A stretch of 64,000 nucleotides of DNA from the human T2T-CHM13v2.0 reference genome, Homo sapiens: contig CP068257.2 of the NCBI GenBank assembly GCA_009914755.4, positions 26,688,001 to 26,752,000 on the forward strand. Direction: 5' to 3'. Of this stretch, positions 1 through 11,577 are shown in pieces (the stretch's first letter is position 1; the number at the start of each line of letters is the position of its first letter). Under the pieces are notes generated by a model. That model was not told where the DNA came from and searched no databases. It saw nothing but the letters and a program-made list of their open reading frames with translations. The translations under genes and the position numbers were made by a program.

Positions 1-2639
1 ATTATTCTGCTGTTGAACTAATCCACTGAGTTTTCTATTTTGGTTAGTGTATTTTTTAGCTTTAAAATTTTCATCTCGCTCTTATTTTATCTTCTATTTC
101 TTTACTAAGACTTTTCTCTTTTAATTTATTTCCAGTTTATTTGTAATTACTTTCAGAAGCATTTTTATAATGATTTGTCACATAATTCCAGTATCTACAT
201 TGTATTGGTGTTGACATCTCTTGATTTCTTTCTTCATTCAGTTAGAAGTATTCCTGGCCATTTTGTGACATGTGATATTCTGTTAAAACCTGAACCCTTT
301 GGAACTATGAGACTGGATCCTATGTAAACCTACTCAGTTGGTTTCCTCTACAGGGACAGAAGGCAAGTGAGGATAGAATTTCAAGTTCCCTACTTATCCT
401 CTATTAATAGTCAAAGAGGAGAAAAGCTCCTTGTTACTGTTGGGCAAGTGAGGGATTTTCATGCCCCCACTAGACATTTGCTGATATCATATGGGCGTGC
501 TTTTGTTATTGCTCCCCATGTGGCCTCCACTGACACCATAGGGAGGGGAAAATGGGCAATGATGAAAGTACAGACTCTCCTCTAGGCCTTTTCTACCACC
601 ACCAGAAAGAGCATTCTTCTTTATTACCAGGTGGGAGTGAAAAGCAAAGCTCCTCAGGTGGTATTCACTGACACAATAGGAGCCACAAGTGTGACTCATT
701 ATCCTTAGCAGAGAACAAAGTTACACCTTCCTACTCAGTCTTCTCTGACATCACCCTAGAGAGAGTTTGAGACACCTCTTTATAGCTTAAAAAGAATGAA
801 AATCTATGCTCCTCATTTAGCTTTTGCCAGCTAAGGTGGAAGTGGACTACAGATTTTTTTCTGTGATATTTGGTCAGGGTGGAAGAGTTATTATATAGAA
901 GTTTTCTTTCTTGCTAGTATGTGTCTTTCCTGAAACTTTGACTAGAGCCAGTAGGCTTTTGTTAAGGATTTTTGTTTTTGCATCCTTTGGCATTTCTGGG
1001 ATTTTCCAGCTTCTGTAGCTCCACGTCGGAAATACGTGAGGCAAAGAGAAAACATAGAAAACCTACCACCATGTCATTCTTTGGTCCTCAAGTTCCTTAG
1101 CTAGTTTTCCTACTTCTTTACACTTTTCAGGTCTTCCTAGGTTTGTTTTACATATAATTTTCAAGGTTTTCAGTTGGATTTAGCAGGAATATATCTACTC
1201 CATCTTTCTGGAAGCAAAATACCATTAAGAGATACTGATTTTAGAAATGGAAATGACTCATGTGAGAGAACACAAAATGGAATAATTTTACTGAGACAAG
1301 AAGGATCAAACCACAGAGAAGATGAAGACTAAATCAGCATGAGCTAAGGTGGTTACAGAGGATAAAGTTACCTGACTGTTATAATCAAGATTCTGGAGCC
1401 CAGGGAGGGCAAAACCATGTGATTAGTAGCCCTTCCCAAATTCCATTATCAGTGGGAACAGTCAAATTCCTGGTGGCCACTTCCTTAGTACTGGCTTTTT
1501 ACCCACAGGATTTAATACTAAGTTGATTGATTCAACTGTGTTTTCTTTGCCTGTTTCATGAGCTGCTCACTTTAATTCTGGATGTTCGACTAGTAAAAAA
1601 GATCCATTTCTGTAATTTTGAAAATATGGAAATATGTGAAGTCAAAGTCAATCTCAAACCTTCTTTGTAGAGATGGTAAGTAAAATTAAAGGATTGAAAA
1701 CCCATTACTGTGCTACAAATCTACTTAAAATTTCTTAATCATTGCTGTTTCTGAGCTCCTCTGAATAATCTCTTAATGTGTGGTACCCTGGCTCATGGCA
1801 AGGGCATGACTTAAATTACATGCAAAAATATCTTAAAAGTATTTATTCAGGTAATAGATACTCCCTTTGTGATGAGAAACAGATTTAATACAATGATGAC
1901 TTGTTCCCAAACAATAATCTGAGTATCAGAAATTGAAGCTTAAGTTATTCCTAAGTTTTATTCCTAAAACGGATTTTTTTTGTTTTTCAGAAGAAACTAG
2001 AACATATTAATAAACAATTTCACACCCAAAGGAATGTGAAACTTCATTTTCCTGACAAAGAATGTCCACTAATTAAAAATGACTGTGTTGGCAATTTAAA
2101 AGTATCTCTTTGCATATTGAACACTTGCTTTGGGTAAGAACTTGGCAAACTAAAAGCATATGGCCATTCTCTTTTTCATGGTTGTACCCAATAAATGTCA
2201 TCAGAATTTCAAAATGATGAAGAAGGTCTTTAAGTAGAGAAAATGAAATGCCACTTTTGGTTTTCTAAATGACAGAGATTTGAGGGAGGGGCTCTGAGGC
2301 ACATACGCAGAGACCATTAAGTGATATAGGGACCAGAAATACAGAGCCAAATTCTATACAATAAAGACCAAATATCAAAAATAGTTTACAATACTAAAAC
2401 AGGTTATGTCTAATGCCAAGAAATGCTTTCAGTAATACTAGTAATTTTTTATGCCTCTAATCATAATTCATAAGACTGAATTAAAGTAGACAACCCTACA
2501 TTTAATTTGTCCTTTGAGCAATATTATGTGGTTTCAAAACCATAGCTATAAGAAGAAGAAATTCATTTGCTGTTTCCCTTAGTGTATTATTCAAGTTCAG
2601 TCCATTACTAACCACTTTCAATTTTTAAATACCAGCATG

Positions 2640-2830
2640 TCTTCATTGTAGGAGTACTGGACTAAGAGTAACAAGCTGCAAATCTGAGTTCTTAACTACC
2701 ACTGACATCACAATGCATTACATTTTTTCTGAATCTCACTTTCCTTATTTGTAAATTAAAATAGTAATGGTAGCTGCTCTGAGTGCCTCACAGGGTAGCT
2801 CTAAGGAACAAAAGAAAGAAAATCTTTATA
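2640..2830 (+). mobile_element. MIR-like SINE fragment (ancient, diverged)
   Basis: Resembles the MIR core/3' region: '...tcactttccttatttgtaaattaaaatagtaatggtagctgctctgagtgcctcacagggtagctctaaggaa' versus the MIR consensus '...cctcagtttcctcatctgtaaaatggggataataatagtacctacctcatagggttgttgtgaggattaaatga'. Match is diverged and by eye only. Confidence 0.35.
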
Positions 2831-3049
2831 AAGTAGAATTCATACCAAAGTGGTAATTAAACCCTTAAACAGCAAAACTCCAAGTGGATGTACCTGGACA
2901 CTGAACTAGCACAAAAGAGCAAGAGGAGACATTTGTTAGTGCAAATGAAGGGGAATAATATGTGAAAAGATACCTGTATTACAGGTAAATTTCCTCAGGA
3001 AGCATTCAACTTGGAAGATGTTCTTATTAAAACACCCAGGGTCATCTTG

Positions 3050-3115
3050 GTATGTGCATGTGCATGCATGCACATGCACATACACACTCATGCAAACACA
3101 GATACACACACACAC
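3050..3115. repeat. Imperfect (CA/TG)-rich microsatellite (gtgcatgcatgcacatgcacatacacac...acacacacac)
   Basis: Direct reading of alternating purine/pyrimidine CA/TG/CATG units. Confidence 0.6.
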
Positions 3116-3429
3116 TGGTCTGCATTTATTGAATGCTAATTAAATACCAACTGAATGTCGGCTCTGTGTTTGTCACTGTGCTCAGAACTAGTGATAGAGG
3201 AGTAAGTAATTGAGAAACAGTCCCTCCTTTCACAGAGCATATGTTCTGGTAAGGAAGATTACAATATCGTTTCCAAGTGTGCAATGACAACATGATATGT
3301 TGTAGAAATGAGAACTATGGTGGTATGAATATTTATTATTGAGACATGAACATATTTGTGTCTACATTAACTGATATTTTAAATTTCCATACCCCATTTC
3401 CATACTATTATAAAATGTTTAATAGTAAT

Positions 3430-4560
3430 TGACTTGATATTTCAATATTTAAGCTCCAGGATATATCAGGGGAAATTCAGCCAGATATCGGGCAAAATTC
3501 ACCCGATATTTCACATGGGTTCTTTTCTATTTTCCCTAAGCGTTGGCTGGTTTGAGAAATAAAGGGACTGAGTACAAAAGAGAGAAATTCTAAAGCTGGG
3601 CATCCGGGGGGAGACATCACATGTCGGTAGTTTCCATGATGCCCCACAAGCCGCAAAACCAGCAAGTTTTTATTAGGGACTTTCAAAAGGGGAGGGAGTG
3701 TACGAATAGGGTGTGGGTCACAGAGATCACGTGCTTCACAAGGTAATAGAATATCACGAGGCAAATGGAGGCAGGGCAAGATCACAGGACCACAGGACCG
3801 GGGCAAAATTAAAATTGCTAATGAAGTTTCAGGCACCATTGTCACTGATAACCTCTTATCAGGAGACAGGGTTTGAGAGCAACCAGTCTGACCAAAATTT
3901 ATTAGGTGGGAATTTCCTGTTTCTAATAAGCCTGGGAGACCTGTGGGAGACTGGGGTTTATTTCATCCCTACAGTTTCGACCATAGAAGACGGCCACACC
4001 CAAGGGGGCTATTTCAGAGACCTACCCTCAGGGGTACATTCTCTTTCTCAGGGATGTTCCTTGCTGAGAAAAAGAATTCAGCAACATTTCTCCCATTTGC
4101 TTTTGAAAGAAGAGAAATATGGCTCTGTTCTGCCTGGCTCACCGGCAGTCAGAGTTTAAAGTTATCTCTCTTATTCCCTGAACATTGCTGTTATGCTGTT
4201 CTTTTTTCAAGGTGCCCAGATTTCATATTGTTCGAACACACATGCTCTACAATTTGTGCAGTTAACGCAATTATCACAGGGTCCTGAGGCAACATACATC
4301 CTCTTCAGCTGACAGGATTAAGAGATTAAAGTAAAGACAGGCATAGGAAATCACAAGGGTATTGACTGGGGAAGTGTTAAGTGTCCATGAAATCTTCACA
4401 ATTTGTGTTTAGAGACTGCAGTAAAGACAGGCATAAGAAATTATAAAAGTATTAATTTGGGGAACTAATAAATGTCCATGAAATCTTCACAATCTATGTT
4501 CTTCTGCCATGGCTTCAGCTGGTCCCTCCGTTTGGGATCCCTGACTTCCCGCAACAAGGA
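3430..4560 (+). mobile_element. Endogenous-retrovirus LTR, ERVK-like and possibly LTR13-family (name uncertain). Boundaries are approximate and the 3' end may extend toward ~5390.
   Basis: Long match from memory to a primate ERV LTR consensus, e.g. 'gagaaataaagggactgagtacaaaagagagaaatt.taaagctgggc.tccggggg.gacatcacatgtcggtag.ttcc.tgatgccccacaagcc.caaaaccagcaagtttttattagggactttcaaaaggggagggagtgta.gaatagg', 'caggaccacaggaccggggc.aaattaaaattgctaatgaagtttc.ggcaccattgtcactgataac.tcttatcaggagacagggtttgagagca', and 'ttcaaggtgcccagatttcatattgttc.aacacacatgctctacaatttgtgcagttaacgcaattatcacagggtcctgagg.aacatacatcctc'. No long ORF is present, which fits a solo LTR. Confidence 0.5.
4332..4500 (+). repeat. 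Two-copy tandem duplication, period ~90 bp, inside the ERV LTR
   Basis: Copy 1 starts 'taaagacaggcataggaaatcacaagggtattgactggggaagtgttaagtgtccatgaaatcttcacaatttgtgtt' at 4332. Copy 2 starts 'taaagacaggcataagaaattataaaagtattaatttggggaactaataaatgtccatgaaatcttcacaatctatgtt' at 4422. Similarity is roughly 80% by eye. Confidence 0.7.
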
Positions 4561-5402
4561 TATCCAGGAGGAAATGTGTCTCAGCTAGAAAAGGAAACAG
4601 CATTACCCAAAGATGGCCAAAAGGACTTGGTGTTCTCTTGTGGTGAGATGGCTAGTTAGTGTCTGTTCAGTTATTAGGCAGAAACATGATTTTGCTGTCT
4701 TTATTTGGAAGTCGAAAGGCTTGTATATGAATATCAGGTTGACAAGGGGCAGACTGTGACAGCTTCGTACAACATCAACTTAGTTAAGCCAAAACTAGGT
4801 CTTCTGTAATTCTGTTTTCTATGTTTTTCTGCGTTAGGGTGAGCCAAAAGAGAAACCGCACAAGATTGGAATGGTAGATGTGAAACAATGGCTATAATCT
4901 CTAAAGGTCATTGTAGGGTACCAGGTTCCCCTGTAGCTCACACACATTGTTACTGAGCCGCTAGGCATGTGGAAGCAGCCAGATCTACAGCTTTTTCAGA
5001 TCCTGCTAGAGCTTCAGGTTTAATTGTTGCTCCCAGGTACAGAGTAGCTAGCTCTTCCTAACACAGAACACTCATATCATCAAGATTGGAGGAGGTAAGA
5101 TTCAGACAGTGTTTCCAATTTTTCCTTATGGATTCCAGTTTGTCCTTGCTGTGTCTCCTATTCCATGTCTAACTTTTTTTCTGAACTACCAGCCCTGACT
5201 ATCTATAGCAACTTCAGACCCACGGCCAGATACAGTGACAACAGCCTTCTGTAGACTTCTTTGCCAGCTCCCACAATTATATATGTTCTGATTTCAATAA
5301 TGTTCTTTCTTCTGTGGTGATTATGCTTTCTGATTGAACTCTAACTGATACAATATGCTGCAGCAAAATTAGGGGGAAATATCAAAAAGAAAGGCAACAT
5401 CA

Positions 5403-5480
5403 TGCAGTGAGCCGAGATTGCGCCACTGCACTTGAGCCTGGTGTCAGAGTGAGACTCCATCTCAAAAAAAAAAAAAAAAA
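5403..5480 (+). mobile_element. Extremely 5'-truncated Alu: only the last ~60 bp plus a 17-nt A-tail
   Basis: 'tgcagtgagccgagattgcgccactgcacttgagcctggtgtcagagtgagactccatctc' followed by a 17-A tail matches the Alu 3' end. It is flanked by direct repeats 'aaggcaacatca' (5391-5402) and '(a)ggcaacatca' (5480-5490), i.e. a ~12-bp TSD. Confidence 0.85.
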
Positions 5481-6552
5481 GGCAACATCAGAGCACAAAA
5501 ACAACGAATTAAATAACATAAGAAAATCTGGAATTATTGACCTAGGATGATTGCTTCTGAAATCAGAAAGCCACCAGTTCAGCTAAATTAGAAGGACGTG
5601 GACTTTAGAACGAAGGTCTCCAGGCAAAAGGACTGGAGATTTGAGATTAAGTCCACATAAAGAATGGGTTACATGACAGAAAGAAGAGACAAAATCAAGG
5701 ATATTATCAAAACCTGAAAGAAAATAAAAGAAATCAATCATGAACTTCAGGTAAAACAAGCATCTGCATAAGCAATTATGGTCCGCATATCAAGTTATTC
5801 CTTCAAATTAGAATAGGAAGCCAGTAAACTTCTAGAGGAAAAATGGACTGGATTTTAGGCAATAGAATGAGTAAAAAGATAGACGATACTGGATACATAA
5901 CAAAGAAAACATATGTTTCCTTTTCTAACAAGAAAAACAAATCAAAATAAAAGCACTTAGAAACTCTACAAAGAATCAAGAAAAGAAAAATGGTAAAAAC
6001 ATGAAGGAAGTTAAAATGGGTCATGATTTTGAGAACTTGGAGGAGAGTAATAAAGGAGAATGGATTTGATCTTCATCCAATGAATGTCAATGGGGTTGTC
6101 TCAGTGGTGCTATAGAACAGGAGACATAATTCCGTCATCCACTGGGCATTGTTGTCAAGGATATTTACATGGCCATACCAACTTAATTGTAATTTATTGT
6201 TTTCAACTTTCAGACTCAGACTGCATAATGCCTAGAAGACCAAATAATTAACATAAAACAGAATATTAATGGAATCAACACTGAGAAAATTAACTGAGTC
6301 GCAGAAAAAAGAACAAGGACATCATTTGATGTGCTTCACTTGTTACAAACTTGAGAAAAAAAGCATCTCAATAAAATATAGTATGATGCTTTGCTGAGTT
6401 AAGTGTGAGCTAGAGTTAGTAAAATCATCCTGTTTAATTATGCTGTACACTATAAAAACAATTTAGCATAGAACATAAAACATTGCTTTTCTGTGTTTCT
6501 TGAAAACCTGTTATTTCTCTGAACTTGAGTCAGAGAATCTTATGAAGTGAAT

Positions 6553-6930
6553 GACTGTGTGCCCCCCAAATTCGTGTGTTGAAGCTCTAATCCCTAGTAT
6601 GGCTGTATTTAGAGATGGAGTCTCTAAAGAAATATTTAGGGTCAAATGTGGTCATAAGGGTGGGTCCCTAATCCAATATGGCTGACTTCCTTATGAGAAG
6701 ATATGCTAGGGAGCTCTCCATGTACCAAGGAAAAGCCATGTGAGGGCACAGCAAGAAGGGGCCATCTACAAACCAGAAAGAGAGCCTCACCAGAAACTAA
6801 ATCAGCCAGAACCTTAATGTGGGCCTTCTAGCCTCCAGAACAATGAAAAAATACTTTTTTGTTGTTTAAGCCATCTAGTCTACAGTATTTTGTTATGCCA
6901 GCCAAGCTGACTAAGGCAGAGACCAATGGT
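6553..6930 (+). mobile_element. MaLR solo LTR, MST/MLT1-type
   Basis: 'tgtgtgccccccaaattcgtgtgttgaagctctaatccctagtatggctgtatttagagatggagtctct...ggtcataagggtgggtccctaatccaatatg...ccatgtgagggcacagcaagaaggggccatctacaaaccagaaagagagcctcaccagaaactaaatcagccagaaccttaatgtgggccttctagcctccagaacaatg..ttgttgtttaagccatctagtctacagtattttgttatgccagcc' tracks the MST/MLT1 LTR consensus '...caaaattcatatgttgaagccctaacccccaatgtgatggtatttggagatgggg...ccagcctccagaactgtgagaaataaatgtttgttgtttaagccacccagtctatggtattttgttatagcagcc'. Confidence 0.65.
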
Positions 6931-9119
6931 GGGGTTAAAGAAGAGGTGAAGAGAAGCTAAATGCCTCGTGTTTCTAGTTCAATCATATTAGCTTCATGTT
7001 TATTTGTTTTATAATTGTTGTTTATTGTATTTGATATCAGATTTTCCCCGACAAAAGAAAAAAGAGTTCTAAATCATCAACTAGCACCCCTGAAGAAACA
7101 GAATGTCAAAAGCATCTAAATACTAAATAATTTATGTTTCCTACTCAAATATTACTGATTTTCCTTCATGCCACCATTTTTATGCATTGTTTGACATTTT
7201 ATTTTAAAATAAATTTTAAACTCACAGGAAGGTTTTTAAATAGTTACATAAAACTCACACTCATAGCTATATTCAACAACTATCAACATTTTGCCAAAAT
7301 TTCTCACACATACTCTATTTCTATTCCTCTTCTCCCTTCCCTCTCTCTTTACACATATAAAATAATATAGACACAGAAATCTAAATCTTTGGGATTAAAT
7401 GCAGATATCGTACTTCCATATCTCCTAAATACTTAAACATGTATTACAGCAAAACAAAGGCATTCTCTCTTTAATCACCTTCACAACATTTTTTGAACTT
7501 TCTTTTTTCTTTCTGTACTTCTTGCCCATAACTTATCTTGATTGCATTTGGTTACTTTTTTCATATTCATAAATACATACTAGTATTCTGAATGAGATAA
7601 GCTAGGTAGAAAGGGGAAAGACTGTTGTTTCTAGAAGAAACTGTTGAATTCAGTTGCCATGGTGGGATTATGAAAACGGTTTTGATAAAAATTCAAGCAG
7701 AAATAAACATGCATGATCTTCTCCATTTAGAATTGTACAAAAAGCCATGTATACTGTCTGCTTTGAGATGAAACAATAGTCTTGTGCATTGTCATGTCAA
7801 ACACAAATAACTCTTTATTCTATTTTGTTTTTCTTGTTTTGCCTTGTAGTCCTGCATGAAAGATATCCAAAAACTGATCTTCACTGAAAAACAACACTAA
7901 AATCAAGCAGAAGATTGCTTTTGGCAAAACATATTGAGCTGGTAAAACACTAATTAGTATATTTGAGTCTAGGCCTCAGGACATTTTCTTCAAATGTTTT
8001 CATTTTTATTCATAATTTATAATGTAATTCTCTTTTATTTTGAAATACACACTTGTTTTGGAGGAAAACTCTGGCAATATACCAAGGAAGAAGTTATATC
8101 TAAATGATTTAAATAGTGTTTGCTAAGCATCTTTGGTAACTGTTTTTCTCCCTTAGAACTATAAAATCTAACAAACATAATTTATGGAGATGTTTAGTCT
8201 TGAACAGAGATGTTATAGTTTTGAACCGGATTAAATTTCAAAAGTACCTTTCTATATCTTGAGACTTTTTGGTAATATAAATCAAAATAAAACATCCATA
8301 AAACATAAAATTCTGTTTCTTTCATCTCTTAAGTTTCTGTGCTCTAATAAACTGTTAGGGGTGTTTGTACACCAACTGTACACACATTTACTCATGGATA
8401 CAATGAGAAGCTGAGAATTTTTGAGTTGCACAATTAGGATGCAAGAAGATTCTTCAAATACTTCGTCATAGTCCAAAGACTGAGGAATGCATACTATCTC
8501 AAAGAGAAAAAATAAATAAGGCTCACTTATCTTTCAAATTAGATTGACAGGCTATTAGCATAAGTAAAATTGTGTCATATTAATTATTGATCTGTAGGAT
8601 GTTGGAGATTGTGCTAGAAAACTTAATGTGAGGACATGATACTCTTACTCACGCCTGGAGAGTTAGCAGTAATGTTAGTGTTATCCTGGCCAACTCTGTC
8701 TTTTTTCATCCTAAATCATTTTCCCATCAACCACTGATGAGAAATTCTGCTAATGAAGACATATTCCTTTGTGTAAAACCCACACATGAACGAGATCATG
8801 ATTTTTATGCAATCAGTATTAGTCACCACAGAATAGTCTTGCAATAAATGTTGTTTAAATGTTTCTGAATATAGAAAAAAGAGACAAAAGTCAGTAAGCA
8901 GATGACGAAGTCCTACTTATAGAGACTAAACCTTTTGGGCTTCATGATGGCGTTTCTGCCTTATAGAGTTATTATGTGAAGCTACTCCAACGTAAAGGAA
9001 TACAAAAATTAACACATCACATAGAACATGGTATGTCCTCAATAAATTGAACTGCCTTTCCCCTCACACATGTCCTTTATATCTCCCACACCAAAGTGGC
9101 CAAATGGGACACTGTTCTA

Positions 9120-9501
<382 letters not shown>

Positions 9502-11523
9502 TCATCTGTCACTTTTCTATATATGACAGTCCATATACAGTTATCATATATTGACCACTCTAAATCTAGCCTTCAGATAATCTGACTTTGTTTTTAAATA
9601 TAAATTGTGCATTGGCAAATCTAAATCTACCTTTCAAAGTACATATAGTTTTATTTTTTTAAGACACTATCTGATTATTAACAAATTTGAACAAATTTGT
9701 CATGTGGCTGAGGATGAGGGGCTGGGAGAGGGGAGTGGAACTGCCCCTACACCAGATCATTTGATAGTATTTGTGAACAAAGATCAATGTCAAGTAAAAG
9801 GACCTTTTTCTCCACCTGGTCTATAAAGGACCCACCAAGGCACCTGAAATTCCCTTGCTCCTGTGGGACACTAGGAGCTGCTGTCCTCTTTCCTACTTCA
9901 AAGCCCCCTCCACCTGTTTCCTCTGGGATAGGGGTAGAATTGCCATAATGTTAAGCAGCAAAGGAATTGTCCAAAATAATCCCCTCTTCATGTAAGGTGG
10001 CCAAAACAGGCCCAAAACTCATTGACCAGGCTGCAAGGGGGAGGTAGAAACACATGCTCTGTTATCCCTGCTCTGTGTAAATTAGGTAACCTGATGATGA
10101 AGTTAAGAGATTGGGAGCTGCCTGCATCACTACCTCTGCCCATTGGAGAGGTTGGAGCTCAAGGGAGCAGCTGCTGACTGAGAAAGAACAAATGCCCCAC
10201 TGGATTCCCCAGTAATCAGTAATTGGTATGTGAGTATTGATCCCCTCCACTGAAGCTGATTCCTGGTACGTCCAGGGGCTCTCATTCACCCAATGGATGG
10301 TCCAGTCCTGAAGGACACTACCTCCTTTCACTCCCAAATTAAGGAAGGATTAGCATTTTTCAGATATCAGAAATTTAACTCTCCTGATAGTCTCTAAGTC
10401 TATTGTTCTACTTCCAGACATTATACCTCTAATTGCCTTTTTATAAACACTCACTATTAATTAAAATGGGGGCTGTCTATAGTTGTTCAATCATTGGCCA
10501 ATTTTTTGGAGTTCTGTTAATCCTAAAGCTTCCAACAATCTCTGCTACAATATAAAAATGTTTAAATATTTTGAAGGTGGCAGTGTCTAATAAATATCTA
10601 ATAATTGATTTAGTACTTTCAGATAAATTCAATAAAATAATTCTTGCATTATGTCTACTAGAATAATTTTATTATAGTTATAATAATTCTTAAATACTAG
10701 CCTTTCGAAGGCATGTGATCTTCACATCATATTTTGTTGCTGTCTCTTCCATAACGGTATGATGTTTTAACATATTTGTGTGATAAATAAAATTTAATTT
10801 TTTAGATGAGAAAATCTGGTGTCAACATATATTTCACTGAAACAATGGCTGAAATTTCACCTGAAACAATATATTAAAATGATATCTGTTGAGTGTATCC
10901 TTTCTAAATTCAAATATTAAAACCACTATTGCAACTTGTTAAAATGTAAAAGTAACTCAGATTATAGAAAGAATTCACTAAATGATGCTCTAGTAACTTA
11001 CTAAAGACATTTTTAATGAAGTCAATCAATATTTTCACTTATCTTTATGAGAGTTCCAAAAAGCTAGCATAATGAGCTTTTCACAATATATATTTTGTTT
11101 CATTATGCATAATATCACCTTAATGTTTGTGGGAATTTAGTGTTTCAACCATTCCTCTTACTATGTGTTGCTGTTTAGAAATGTTTCTAAATTTTAAGTT
11201 AGTTAAAGATCAGTGATTTAAAAGGAGCAATTCTGCCACCTTGTGTTCTGTAAAACCAGGATAGCTGCTTGCTTCCGGGAAATCGCCAGTACTTTCTTAT
11301 CAAACTTGAAAGCTGTAACTCTGAATCAGAATTCTAGAATGATAATCAGCTGTGCCCGTCCCCCTGTTTATTTTCTTCCAAGTTTGCATGTACTGATCAT
11401 GGAAGCTGGTTACTTAAGCTGTACCTGTGCCAGAGTTAGGACTCATTCCTCAGGATTTCTACTAAGGTTTGTAAAGCCAAACAACAAAACTTTAATTGCA
11501 ACCATATGTCACTCTGTTTAAAT

Positions 11524-11529
<6 letters not shown>

Positions 11530-11570
<41 letters not shown>

Positions 11571-11577
11571 CAAATTT
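11530..11577. repeat. (AT)n dinucleotide microsatellite, ~24 units
   Basis: Uninterrupted 'atatatat...' run. Confidence 0.95.

Noticed and set aside
3477-4287. ORFs of 114-148 aa at 3477-3845 (-), 3713-4159 (+) and 3943-4287 (+)
   Set aside because: They fall inside an ERV LTR, which is non-coding U3/R/U5 sequence. They overlap each other on both strands and have no recognisable protein similarity.
9700-10340. Possible LTR-like promoter architecture ('ctataaaggacccaccaaggcacctg...gagctgctg')
   Set aside because: I see only a TATA-like motif. There are no recognisable LTR termini and no family match I can recall, so it is too weak to report as a feature.
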